A stretch of DNA of 64,000 bases from Verrucomicrobia subdivision 3 bacterium UBA693 (GCA_002298785.1 DBMR01000052.1:3513-67512); one strand, 5' to 3'; shown: positions 40,759 to 50,794, counted from the first letter of the stretch. Notes: generated by a model from the sequence alone, not told the origin. A program made the numbers and translations.

Positions 40759-43700
40759 ATGAACACTCTCTCCCGAGTTGTCTTTCGGTCGCCCACGACG
40801 AATGAACTTCCACAGCAGGGGAGGTGGGGCGTCTGTCCCCGGGGGGCGGCGCTGGTGTTGGCGCTCTTCATCCTGGCGGGTTGGTCGCCGATGGTCCGAG
40901 GGGAAGCCATGTTGCAGCTTTTCAATGTGAACTGGGACGAGTTGTCACGCCGGATGCCGGAGATTGCCGAAGCAGGGTATACCAGCCTGTGGCTGCCGCC
41001 TCCCGGCAAAGCTGGCAGTGTTTATTCGGTTGGCTACGATGTGTTCGATCCGTTCGACCTGGGGGATTTGAACCAGCGCGGCACTGTGCGCACTAAATAC
41101 GGGTCGAAAGCGGAACTGTTGCGGGCGGTGGAGATCGCGCATCGGTTTGGTCTGCGCGTTTACTTCGACAACATCATGAACCACCGCGGCTTTGATGTGC
41201 CGGGCTACAACGCCACCACGCCGACCAATCTCTACCCGGGGCTGTGTCCGCAGGATTTTCACGTGCAAAAGTTGGCGAGCGGATTCCATGTGAATTGGCC
41301 GGACATCAGCGACTGGGGAAATTTGTGGGAGATTCAGAACCGTCCGTTGTCGGGTCTGCTGGATCTGGCGAACGAGCCGGGGACGTTGAATCTCAACTAT
41401 GGTGCGGTGCAGGGAGGGACTATCACCAAGCCGGTGTATGTTCGGCAGCCGAATCATCGGGAATATTACATGGACTCGAAACTGCCGGTGATCAGCGGGC
41501 CGTGGCACCCATTCAACGGACAAAGTGGAGAACCAGTGGCTGAGGACGTGAACGCCTACCTGATTCGAGCCGTGATGTGGCTGCTGAATGAAACCAAGTG
41601 CGACGGTTTCCGGCTCGATGCGGTCAAACACACTCCTTCGGGATTTTTCGGGGCCACCAGCGCGACGCCGGACGGTTATACGGGAGGGATCCAGACCATG
41701 TTCGATTACGTGCATGGTTACGGGGCAAATGTGCTGGGCAACGGTTACGAGGAAGCCGATGACAACCGCAACAGTTGCTATGACACCGAGGCGCCCCGCA
41801 ATGATGCCATGCTTTTTGGCGAGCATTTAGGGGAGCCGCCGACCTTTCAGGAGTATCTCGACCGCGGGATGCGACTCTTGAACGCGCCGTATCACCAGCA
41901 GCTCAACAATATCCTGGGCAATCCGGGAGCCTCCCTTTCGGGATTGGACCAGCGGGATTACCGGCCGTATCCCAACGCGTTTACGGGCAGCCAGAGCGTG
42001 ATGTTCGCCCAAAGCCATGACGACGGCTATGCCGTCCACCGGGAGCTGCACCACGCTTACAACTTCGCGCGGGAGGGCTTGCCCTCGATTTATTCCGAGG
42101 GTTACAACTTCGCCACCGCCGGTCCCGGGGAACAGCCTTTTCCGCGCACGGCAAACGCCCCGTTTCTGGGCCAGTTTGGCGACAACAAAATGCCGGATCT
42201 CGCCTGGTTGCATGAGCAACTCTCGCGCGGTGGTACTCGCTCGCGGTGGAGCGACGCGGATATCGTGGCGTTCGAGCGCTACGATTACCGCGAAGCCTCC
42301 AGTCCTTATACGAACCCCGACGCCACAGTGTTGCTCTTCGCCATGAACGACAATTATGGGAATCCGGGCGACATCAGTTTCGATGACGGCGTGGCGCAAA
42401 ACGATGATGGCATGCCGACGACCTGCTATCCGGTCGTCAATTCCCGCGGGGTGGGTTTGGTGGTCGGTTTCCCCCCAGGGTCGGTGATTGTGCAGTTGGC
42501 TGACAGTCCGGGGAAGGAACGGGCTTGCGCGCGGCTGCTGGTGCGGCAGGCGACACAAAATCTGGACGAAGCACGGGCGACCGCCTTCGACCCCAATCCG
42601 GTAAATCGTAAAGTGTATGTCGGCGGTCAATCGCTGGCTCCGGGCGGCGGCGCCATCGAATTCAAGATTCCGAGCGGCGGCTATGTTTACTATGGGTATC
42701 AATGGCCGGAGGCGAGCCGTGTGGCGGGACGCGCGGCGATAACGTTCCTGCAACAGGGCATCGAGGCGCCGCAGTTGCGCGTCATTCGACATGACGGCGT
42801 GAACGGTGATCCGGCCTTCAATCCACTGTATCCCTTCAAAATGCGCGGCAGCGTGGGACCGGACGGCGAGGTCATTGGTGGCCAAAACGTCTCGAATCTG
42901 AGCTATGCCATCGACGTGCCGGTGTTGACGAACGGGATTTTAGACATGGTGATCGCGGCTGATGCTTCGGCTTCGAACGTCTTGTTGAAGCTGGACGGAG
43001 GGATGGATGTGAACAGTCAAATGGCCCTGGGCCCGCTCGCTGGCTCCGACCGGAGAGATAATCAGCCAGGCTATGCAACGGATGTCTTTCTCGGTTATGA
43101 AGCCACCGCGTTTGCCGGGCGATACGGGCCGGAGAAATTTGTGGCGGTCGAAGTTCTGCGGAACAACGTGACCTCGGACGGCGCCGAAACTTATTATTAC
43201 ACCGTCGGTGGCACCGATCAGATTGTTAACGGCGGCGGCAACGGAGTTGGAGTGACGGACGCCACTCCGGACTGGGTGTGGCATTCGCCGAGTGCGGGCG
43301 TCAATGTGATCGACGGACCGGCGACGCAACGATGGCCGCTGTCACCGCTGGCTGGTCAATCGGTCGATTTATGGGCCAAGGTAGGATACGAATTTCAGGC
43401 CAGCCGCGGTTATGTTTACTACACGACGGATGGATCGAATCCGGAGGGTGCCTACGGCGTGGGGCGGGGTAGCACCCGCGTGGCGCCCGCGTCTTGGGCC
43501 GGCGATGATCTGACTGATCCAACGATCGACTGGTGGAAAGCGACCATTCCCGCCGTCGATAATGTCAGCGGACACCAAATCCGGTACAAGCTGGCGTTTT
43601 TTGACGATTCCGCGCCGGTGATTTCGGATGCGTCCATGTCCAAGGGGTATGGGCTGAGCCGGTTCGTGATCACGAATTTCAATCCAGGCACGGTCCAAGT

Positions 43701-44844
43701 ATGGTTGCATAACGATTTGAACACGAATTCGACGGCAACGGGTTTAAGCGAGGGCTTTCACATCGCGCGAGCGCGAGTCTTCTTGCCCCGGCCCGGTAAA
43801 GCCAGCGTCTACAACACCTTTTCGCAGACTTTCTATTACGATGCACAACCGCCGGAAGGTATCGTGGCCTACCCGACCGCCGACGGTGAAGTCTTGAACG
43901 GGTCGACTTACACGGCGGTTATCCGTGCGGACGCCACGGTTACCAGGGTGGAATTCAATATCGTGGATTCCGTCAGCAGTAATGACGACACTATTACTGG
44001 GCAGGCCAATGGGAACGGATTCACGAACGGTGTGCCGCGCTTTGTGAGTGCCAGTGCGGTAACTCCTGATTCGGCGCTGGATCAGCAATTTCCGAAATTA
44101 CCGCGAGAGTTCCGTTTTAATTATCCCTCGGTGCCTTCAAGTGGTTCTGCGACCATTACGGTGCGCTTGTATGAAGACACTTCGCTTCTGGTGCCCGGCC
44201 GGATTACCACACTGGTGCGAACCGTCCAAACCCAGGCCCCGGCGTCGGTGTTGAACCTGGTGCAGCCTGGTCCGCCCGGCGCCATCCTGACTGTGACCAC
44301 CAATGGAACGGTGACGGTACAGGCCTGTTTCACGAGCGGTCTGGCGGGTAGCGAAACCGACCGGTTCAGTGTTTTGATTAACGGGATATTGCAGCCGCGA
44401 ACGGCTTACTTGCTGCGTCCCTCCGGTTGCGCCACTGGTTTGCGGACGCTCTATTACATTTGGACTCCTACGCAGCCGGGCACAAATTCGCTTCAGGTGA
44501 TTTACACCAACAATCTGGTGCTTTCCGATAGTCGGGAGGTGGTGATTTGTCGCCCGGGCGATTCCGACCTTGATGGCATGACGGATTTTCAGGAGATCAT
44601 CGCTGGAACAAATCCCTATGACTCCAACTCGGTGTTGCGCATCACCGGGTTGGAGAATGGGAATCAAACTTTGGTGTGGCCGGGCGTCTCCAACATTTTT
44701 TACCAGGTGTTGTCCACGACCAATCTTAGTCAGCCCTTCGTGCCGGTCAGTGGCCGATTACCGGGCAACGGTGGCTCGATGTTTTATTATGACGCAACAC
44801 CCAACTTGCAGGGTAAATATTACCGGGTGCAGGTAGTTCCCTGA
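40759..44844 (+). CDS. Large secreted GH13 alpha-amylase-family multidomain protein
   Basis: Signal peptide, GYTSLWLPP, DNIMNH, DGFRLDAVKH, FGEH, QSHD. Later YYTTDGSNP, DSDLDGMTD..GTNP and C-terminal YYRV. Exact start uncertain. Confidence 0.88.
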   Translation: MNTLSRVVFRSPTTNELPQQGRWGVCPRGAALVLALFILAGWSPMVRGEAMLQLFNVNWDELSRRMPEIAEAGYTSLWLPPPGKAGSVYSVGYDVFDPFDLGDLNQRGTVRTKYGSKAELLRAVEIAHRFGLRVYFDNIMNHRGFDVPGYNATTPTNLYPGLCPQDFHVQKLASGFHVNWPDISDWGNLWEIQNRPLSGLLDLANEPGTLNLNYGAVQGGTITKPVYVRQPNHREYYMDSKLPVISGPWHPFNGQSGEPVAEDVNAYLIRAVMWLLNETKCDGFRLDAVKHTPSGFFGATSATPDGYTGGIQTMFDYVHGYGANVLGNGYEEADDNRNSCYDTEAPRNDAMLFGEHLGEPPTFQEYLDRGMRLLNAPYHQQLNNILGNPGASLSGLDQRDYRPYPNAFTGSQSVMFAQSHDDGYAVHRELHHAYNFAREGLPSIYSEGYNFATAGPGEQPFPRTANAPFLGQFGDNKMPDLAWLHEQLSRGGTRSRWSDADIVAFERYDYREASSPYTNPDATVLLFAMNDNYGNPGDISFDDGVAQNDDGMPTTCYPVVNSRGVGLVVGFPPGSVIVQLADSPGKERACARLLVRQATQNLDEARATAFDPNPVNRKVYVGGQSLAPGGGAIEFKIPSGGYVYYGYQWPEASRVAGRAAITFLQQGIEAPQLRVIRHDGVNGDPAFNPLYPFKMRGSVGPDGEVIGGQNVSNLSYAIDVPVLTNGILDMVIAADASASNVLLKLDGGMDVNSQMALGPLAGSDRRDNQPGYATDVFLGYEATAFAGRYGPEKFVAVEVLRNNVTSDGAETYYYTVGGTDQIVNGGGNGVGVTDATPDWVWHSPSAGVNVIDGPATQRWPLSPLAGQSVDLWAKVGYEFQASRGYVYYTTDGSNPEGAYGVGRGSTRVAPASWAGDDLTDPTIDWWKATIPAVDNVSGHQIRYKLAFFDDSAPVISDASMSKGYGLSRFVITNFNPGTVQVWLHNDLNTNSTATGLSEGFHIARARVFLPRPGKASVYNTFSQTFYYDAQPPEGIVAYPTADGEVLNGSTYTAVIRADATVTRVEFNIVDSVSSNDDTITGQANGNGFTNGVPRFVSASAVTPDSALDQQFPKLPREFRFNYPSVPSSGSATITVRLYEDTSLLVPGRITTLVRTVQTQAPASVLNLVQPGPPGAILTVTTNGTVTVQACFTSGLAGSETDRFSVLINGILQPRTAYLLRPSGCATGLRTLYYIWTPTQPGTNSLQVIYTNNLVLSDSREVVICRPGDSDLDGMTDFQEIIAGTNPYDSNSVLRITGLENGNQTLVWPGVSNIFYQVLSTTNLSQPFVPVSGRLPGNGGSMFYYDATPNLQGKYYRVQVVP

Positions 44845-45453
44845 TTACTGATCCAAGGCGCGCCAAAAGTACCAGGCAGCCGTGCTGCGATGGGGTCGCC
44901 ACCGTTCCCCGGCGGTGTGCAACTCGGCAGGTTTGGGGAGCGATTTCATTCCGTACGTCAGTTGGAACCCCTTTTGCACGCCGTAATCGGTGGTTGGCAA
45001 CACGTCCGGCCGGCCCAGAGTAAAAATCAGCAACATGTGAACCGTCCACGGCCCCACGCCGCGCAATTGGGTGAGTTGCTCGACAATTTCGTCGTCGCTC
45101 AAGCGCTCGATGGCGCGGCGATCAGGCACGAGTCCGGCCACCGATTTGGCTGCGATATCTTTGACCGCGCGGATTTTTGAGCGGGACAATCCCGCACCGC
45201 GCAGATGGTCTTCGGAAATGGCTAATAATTTGTCTGCGGGAGGGAAAGCGCATCCCGGAAACAAGGCTTTGACCCGGCCAAGGATGGTGGCGGCGGCCTT
45301 TCCGTTCAGTTGTTGATAAGCGATGGATTGCACCAGTGCTTCATAAGGGCTGCGTCGAGCTTGAGGTTTGAGGGTGCAGGGCCCGACCCGTTTGATCAGG
45401 GCCGCGAGCTTTTTATCGGCGCGAGAAAGGTGTTCGAGAGCTTCGGCTGTCAT
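44845..45453 (-). CDS. alkA: DNA-3-methyladenine glycosylase II family (HhH-GPD)
   Basis: SIAYQQL, LRGVGPWT, DVLPTTDYG, WRPHRS. Confidence 0.88.
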   Translation of the reverse strand: MTAEALEHLSRADKKLAALIKRVGPCTLKPQARRSPYEALVQSIAYQQLNGKAAATILGRVKALFPGCAFPPADKLLAISEDHLRGAGLSRSKIRAVKDIAAKSVAGLVPDRRAIERLSDDEIVEQLTQLRGVGPWTVHMLLIFTLGRPDVLPTTDYGVQKGFQLTYGMKSLPKPAELHTAGERWRPHRSTAAWYFWRALDQ

Positions 45454-45956
45454 TCGGGGTGCTGGAGGAGAGTCAGGGTTTCGATGGTCTGTACTTCAAC
45501 GATCAGCCATTCGCCGTCGACTTTTTGGAAGGTAAACCTGAGCTCCTGGATGTAATCGTCGCGATCGCCGGTGACCCGAACCCGGGCGGTAAGGAGAGCG
45601 GTAGCTGAAGCGCCGTCCCGTGCGAGTTGAACGGTGACGTCCAGAAAATCCACCTGCAATCCTCTTAACGATTGTCGGGTGGCCGCGACCGCTTTCATCA
45701 CTTCATCCCGGCCGCTTACGGTGGCGTTGTGGCGCCCGGGCAAATTGACGGTTACCTCGACGGCCGGGCTGCAAAAGCTGGAGAGTTTTTGGGCGTTGTA
45801 GAGTTTGGCCAGGGGCGCTTCCTCCCCCTGGAAGGAGGCGACTTTGGCCAGCTCCTTTAATCGATCCTGGATGATCTTTTCCGGGGTCGGATGCAGCCAG
45901 AAGTATCCCGCGTAAATGAGCGCCCCCAACGCCAGCAAGACGGCGAGTTTCTTCAT
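45450..45956 (-). CDS. Membrane-anchored NTF2/SnoaL-like protein
   Basis: N-terminal anchor, VSGRDEV and FQKVDGEWLI NTF2-like ending. 4-nt overlaps with both neighbours. Confidence 0.75.
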   Translation of the reverse strand: MKKLAVLLALGALIYAGYFWLHPTPEKIIQDRLKELAKVASFQGEEAPLAKLYNAQKLSSFCSPAVEVTVNLPGRHNATVSGRDEVMKAVAATRQSLRGLQVDFLDVTVQLARDGASATALLTARVRVTGDRDDYIQELRFTFQKVDGEWLIVEVQTIETLTLLQHPE

Positions 45957-46471
45957 AGCACGACTTTGCCGACGATACGTTGCCGCGTGGCGACGCCCTG
46001 CTTATGCAAGAGGGCAGGCATGGAGCGGTTATCGCCCACCACGTAGAACTCGTCCGGTCCGAGCTTGCGGGGCGCCAAAGTCCAATCACACGGCAACGCC
46101 AGCCAGGGTTCGAACACCGGGTGGCCGTCTACGACGAGGTGACCATCCTGGAATTCGATGGTCTCCCCGGGTAACCCAACGACGCGCTTAAGATACATGA
46201 TGCTGATGCCGGCGGTGCGAACCGAGACCACGTCGCCGCGTCGAGGCGGGTGCGTTACATACGCGAGGCGATTGACCAGATTGAAGCCCTTGTCCCGGTA
46301 GGTCGGCAGCATGCTGATGCCTTCCACTCGAATCGGTAGCAAAAACAGGCGAAACCCAACCGCACAGACGGTTGCTAACACCAACGCGCGCAACAACGTC
46401 CGCTTGGGATTCCTGCCGATTAATATTATTTGGAGCCATCCTGGCTTCCGAACGGTTTGGTCCGTTTCCAT
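45953..46471 (-). CDS. lepB: Signal peptidase I paralog
   Basis: VEGISMLPTY, YLKRVVGLPGE, VGDNR. Lacks the DSR motif. Confidence 0.88.
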   Translation of the reverse strand: METDQTVRKPGWLQIILIGRNPKRTLLRALVLATVCAVGFRLFLLPIRVEGISMLPTYRDKGFNLVNRLAYVTHPPRRGDVVSVRTAGISIMYLKRVVGLPGETIEFQDGHLVVDGHPVFEPWLALPCDWTLAPRKLGPDEFYVVGDNRSMPALLHKQGVATRQRIVGKVVL

Positions 46472-46753
46472 ACTCGAACCCGCGCCGGGCGGGACTACTT
46501 GCGATACTCTCCTGCGGTGAACGGGTTTCGTCAATCCTGGACCCGCAAAGGGTGGCGGGCTCCGTACAATTCCGCCCCTCTGATTGCGTAGTCCCTCCGA
46601 TTGCGTGGGCGGGATAGTGGGTTATCTTATCGGTGGGGCAGGGCGGTTATGTTGGTTCCCGTCCGCACAGTTACTGGAGGAAATTTCCCACAGGAAACTG
46701 GCTCCAAAAGACCCGTGGGTATCGTTCTGCGGGTCTTTGTTTTTGCAGAAAGT

Positions 46754-46870
46754 ATGGGACATTCAGATGTGCTCGCGGCAATCACCATCGAAACGGTGTT
46801 GGGAATCATGGTTGCGCTGAACCTGATCGGGATGACCTTCGCCGCTTACGTGTTTATGCGACGGAAATGA
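46754..46870 (+). CDS. Putative 38-aa single-TM small protein
   Basis: MGHSDVLAAITIETVLGIMVALNLIGMTFAAYVFMRRK: a TM segment followed by a basic C-terminus. Confidence 0.5.
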   Translation: MGHSDVLAAITIETVLGIMVALNLIGMTFAAYVFMRRK

Positions 46871-46915
46871 ACCGGTTCGCCTGGGAGTCATGCCTGCCGG
46901 CGGAATCTGGAGGCT

Positions 46916-49900
46916 TCACCTGGGCAGGGCAAAAGCAACGTAGGCATCTCCAAACGGCGTGTTCAATTTGTTACCACCCGTCGCCGAGACCACGAGGTAT
47001 TGGCGTCCCTCCACTTCATAGGTGGCTGGGGGCGCGTTGCCGACGAACGGCAGGCGCGCGGACCAGAGCTCGGCGCCGCTGTCTTTGTCGAACGCGCGAA
47101 TTTTGTGATCGCGGGTGCCGGCGCAAAAGACCAGGCCTCCAGCGGTCACGATGGCGCCGCCGTAGTTTTCCGTGCCCGTCAGCGCCACGCCTTCTTTGGT
47201 TAGTTGTTCATACTCGCCGAGGGGCACTTTCCACAACAGTTTTCCGGTGTTGAGATCAATGCAGTTCAACGTGCCCCACGGTGGTTTGTTGGCGGGATAT
47301 CCTTCGTGATCGTAGAATTTAGGATAGCCGTTGGCGTTATACTCAGGGCGCGCTGGGGGCGGGCCTTGCGGCGGCAACGGGCGATCCCGCCAGAGCAGGT
47401 AATCGGCGATCGCCGTGACTTCCGTTTCTGAAAGATTCGGGTGCGCGGGCATGGCGTTGGTGCCTCGGCGAATCTGGTTGGTGACCGAAGAAAAATCGAG
47501 GCGTTGGCGCAGCCCGCGCAAAGGCGGGGCCATGCTCAGGCCGAGCAGGTTGGTGGCGTGGCACTGGGCACAGTACTGCTCGAAGGCTGCGCGGCCCGGA
47601 GTCTGGGGCCAGTCCGGTCGAAAAGGCGGGTCGTCATTTCTGAACAGGGAGATATTCCAGCCGATGTGGTTTGCCGAAACGTACAATCTGCCGGTCTCGA
47701 CATCGATACAGGCCCCAGTCCATTCCGCGCCGCCATCAATGCCGAAGAAGAGGGTCGGTCTGCCTTCGGAGCAAGGCTGGAACCAACCGGTGCGGGCACT
47801 CTTGAAACGGGTTTTGGCGTAATCCGCCGCTTCTTCGGTGCGTTCCGTGAGGTCCGCTTCGGTATATTCAAGCTTAGAGAAGGGTTGGGGAAGTTCCGGA
47901 TCGGGTTGGTAAGGCGCGGTGCGTTCGCCGCGCAGCGTGCTGGTGGGGGCGCGTCGCAGGCGGAAGGGAAAAATGGGCTTACCGGACACTCGATCCAACA
48001 AAAGCGTATTACCGATTTTGGTGGTGGCCGCCACGACGTCAACCCGGCGCCCATCCTTCGTGATGGTCGCCAGGTTTGGTGGCGCGGGGATGTCCAAGTC
48101 CCAAATATCATGCCGAATTTCCTGGAAATGCCACAATCGCTTGCCGGTACGGGCATCGAGAGCGATGAGACAGTTGGCGAACAAATTTTCTCCGTAGTGA
48201 CGCGTACCAATGAAATTTGGTTTGGGGGAACCGGTGGTAATGTAGGCGATGCCGCGGAATTCATCCATCGCCATGCCGCCCCAACAGTTTGCGGAGTATT
48301 CTTCAACCTGGTCCCAGGTGTCGTAACCGAATTCGCCGGGTTGTGGAACGGTGTGGAAGGTCCACAACTGCTTGCCAGTCACAATGTCAAAGCCCCACAC
48401 ATCCTTAACAAAGCCGGGCACGACGATGATTCTCTCAAAGACGGCCGGGCCGGCGGTGGCCGCTCCGAAATCTCCGTCGGTGCGGCCCGGCAATAGAGTC
48501 TTGCCTCCTTCGCCAAAGCTGGTCAGGGGTTGACCGGTTTCAGGATTCAAGGCGTAGAGGTATCTTCCCGCGCAGAACATGACCCGGGCTGCGATGTTAC
48601 TGGCAGGGGCTCCTGGCCAATAAATCAAGCCGCGAAAGGCCGGGCGGCCTTCGGGGTGGAAGCGCCATTTTTCAATTCCCGTGGCCGCATCAACTCCGAC
48701 CACGGCGTTGCCAGGGGTGGGCGCGACCATCAAATGTCCGGCAATGATGGGATTGCACTGGAGATTATTACTGGCGTCGCGGGATTTGTAGATCCAGGCC
48801 AGCTCCAATTTGGCAACGTTGGCGCGGTTGATCTGGTTCAACGCGGAATATCGGCGGCCGCCATTGTCGCCGTGTGACCGGGTCCAATTCCGAAAGGCTT
48901 CGGGACGAGGTTGGTTGTCGCTGGGGGTGAGTTCGGCCGGGGCTGCCGCCGGAATAGTCTGGTAAAGTGGCAGCTTCTGACGTTCAGCAGCATCCTCGAT
49001 TTGCCAATAAGGGGAAGTGGCAGTGGAGTTGTCGTGGAGTTTTCGAATAAGGCCGTCCAGTCCCTCAAGATTAGCCTTAAGCCTGGTTTCGGCGTCCTCA
49101 TCAGTGTGGTTCAAGATGCCCAAGGGTCCGCGCCATCCGCTGTCATGGATCACTCTCAGAAGCTTCTCATCCAAATCGCCCTGGCCCAGCACCATGATTT
49201 TCTGGCCGGCCTTATCGGCGTTGCGGCTCATACCATTGAGGTTCAAAGCCACCAGGTATGGCTTCATCGCTTGTAGCAGTTTTTCGAACCGGTCCAGGTG
49301 TTCGTGACCGTGGTGCAGGTTATAGACGATGCCCACGTTGGTGATCCCTTGATCCCTTAATTGTTGGATGATGGCGATTTGGTTTTCCGGTTCGCCAAAC
49401 CAGGCCCCATGATTATAAAGCGCCACGGTCTGCCCACCCTGGGCGGCGGCTTCGGCAAGGCGTCGAATCCGGACCGCTTCGTCCTTTACGCGCTGCGCCT
49501 GTTCCTCCGGGGTGCGGGTCGGTTCTCCGCCACCGGTAACCCAAAGCTGCACGCCGGTGAGATGGTGCCTTTGCAACACCGCCAGGATTTGTTTCGCTTC
49601 GTCATTGAGATCGCTCGGGAACCACCAGGCGATCAGCGTGATCCCATGCCGCTGCAAAGCCTCCATTTCCGTGTCGAAGGTCGGTATGTGCTCGCTGCGA
49701 TAATCGTAGGCGAATTTCGTGAAACCCAGCTCCTGGAGCATGCGCGCTCGCTCCTCTGGGCCACGTTTTTTGGCGTCGAACGGCACAATGCACCAGGCGG
49801 CCAGGTTGGTGCGCTGGAGAAACTCGTAACCGGCGGGGGGCGTCGGGATGTCGAGTCCCTCAGCCAAATTGGTGGTTAAAAGGACGGAGGCGGCTACGAC

Positions 49901-49942
49901 GATGCCGCGGGTGAATCGGAACAGTCGTTGGATGTTAAGCAC
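46916..49942 (-). CDS. Periplasmic PQQ-dependent dehydrogenase (glucose/quinate family) with N-terminal TIM barrel and internal cytochrome c
   Basis: Signal-like N-terminus, LYNHGAWFGEP sugar-phosphate-isomerase-like domain, RYSALNQIN, HDIWDLD, GGAEW, CAQCH, KPPWG, TAGGLVF. Start uncertain (GTG 49942). Confidence 0.85.
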   Translation of the reverse strand: MLNIQRLFRFTRGIVVAASVLLTTNLAEGLDIPTPPAGYEFLQRTNLAAWCIVPFDAKKRGPEERARMLQELGFTKFAYDYRSEHIPTFDTEMEALQRHGITLIAWWFPSDLNDEAKQILAVLQRHHLTGVQLWVTGGGEPTRTPEEQAQRVKDEAVRIRRLAEAAAQGGQTVALYNHGAWFGEPENQIAIIQQLRDQGITNVGIVYNLHHGHEHLDRFEKLLQAMKPYLVALNLNGMSRNADKAGQKIMVLGQGDLDEKLLRVIHDSGWRGPLGILNHTDEDAETRLKANLEGLDGLIRKLHDNSTATSPYWQIEDAAERQKLPLYQTIPAAAPAELTPSDNQPRPEAFRNWTRSHGDNGGRRYSALNQINRANVAKLELAWIYKSRDASNNLQCNPIIAGHLMVAPTPGNAVVGVDAATGIEKWRFHPEGRPAFRGLIYWPGAPASNIAARVMFCAGRYLYALNPETGQPLTSFGEGGKTLLPGRTDGDFGAATAGPAVFERIIVVPGFVKDVWGFDIVTGKQLWTFHTVPQPGEFGYDTWDQVEEYSANCWGGMAMDEFRGIAYITTGSPKPNFIGTRHYGENLFANCLIALDARTGKRLWHFQEIRHDIWDLDIPAPPNLATITKDGRRVDVVAATTKIGNTLLLDRVSGKPIFPFRLRRAPTSTLRGERTAPYQPDPELPQPFSKLEYTEADLTERTEEAADYAKTRFKSARTGWFQPCSEGRPTLFFGIDGGAEWTGACIDVETGRLYVSANHIGWNISLFRNDDPPFRPDWPQTPGRAAFEQYCAQCHATNLLGLSMAPPLRGLRQRLDFSSVTNQIRRGTNAMPAHPNLSETEVTAIADYLLWRDRPLPPQGPPPARPEYNANGYPKFYDHEGYPANKPPWGTLNCIDLNTGKLLWKVPLGEYEQLTKEGVALTGTENYGGAIVTAGGLVFCAGTRDHKIRAFDKDSGAELWSARLPFVGNAPPATYEVEGRQYLVVSATGGNKLNTPFGDAYVAFALPR

Positions 49943-50151
49943 GGTAGTTAGATCGCACGACCATCCACCGGAGGCAAAGACAAAAAGGAGGGGGAACGAT
50001 TTTGGCCAGCAGGCGGGGTAAAGGCACAAAACACCCCTGATCAAGATTGAACCGTTCCAGAGAGGAAACGGGACAATTCACCTATGCTGGTAAAGACCGG
50101 CGGAAACATCGGCCGCCGGTCTAGTTTGGCGGCAAACGCTGTTCCAGGCAA

Positions 50152-50421
50152 TTATTTGCCCGGCTTTCGGGCTTTGGCTCCGCCCTTTTTGGCAGCGCCC
50201 TTGCGGGGACGACCGCCTTTGCCGATACGGCTGGGCGCGAGCGCCAACTCGCGATCCATGGGCACTCCCATGTTCGTGAGCTTCTCGCACACCGCATCGC
50301 GGATGAATTGCGACCGGCTTACGTATCCCAACTGCCGAATCGCGCCATCCAGCGAGTTAATAAATTCCTGGCTGGCGGGAATTGGTAACAGTTTTTGCCC
50401 TGATGTTCTGGTAGTGGTCAT
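50152..50421 (-). CDS. Ribbon-helix-helix (CopG/NikR-like) protein with AT-hook-like basic tail
   Basis: Beta strand followed by LD..I..GYVSRSQFIRDAV; tail GGRPRKGAAKKGGAKARKPGK. Confidence 0.78.
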   Translation of the reverse strand: MTTTRTSGQKLLPIPASQEFINSLDGAIRQLGYVSRSQFIRDAVCEKLTNMGVPMDRELALAPSRIGKGGRPRKGAAKKGGAKARKPGK

Positions 50422-50458
50422 GATTTGGAGTTTATATCCAATCCTTCAAAATATTCAA
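50422..50458 (-). promoter_or_regulatory. Leaderless-type promoter with overlapping palindrome for the RHH gene
   Basis: On the minus strand: TTGAAT-18-TAAACT-7-ATG. TTGGA-N7-TCCAA at 50425-50441 overlaps the -10. Confidence 0.5.
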
Positions 50459-50794
50459 TTAGAAAAAGATAATTCACGCCGCGCCAGTATCCGTTTCGCT
50501 CCCTGGCGCCCGCCCCGCCATACTCTGTAGTGCCTTGATATGCCGATGGTAAAGCAAATCTGATCCGGTTTCCCGCACCGGCTTCCGGATAAAGAAATAA
50601 TTTTACAGAACCGTCCGCAATCCATCCGGTAACTTCCCAATGCAGAACCCAACCATGACTTTCTTCCTACCCGTTCCATGACCAAGAGGACTTCAGAAAG
50701 TCGGCGGTTTTTCGGGAGACTTGGGGAGATTCGCGGACTAATTGGCCCCGAAGTCATACAGAACATTGAAATCAATAATTGAAATCGAAGAAAT

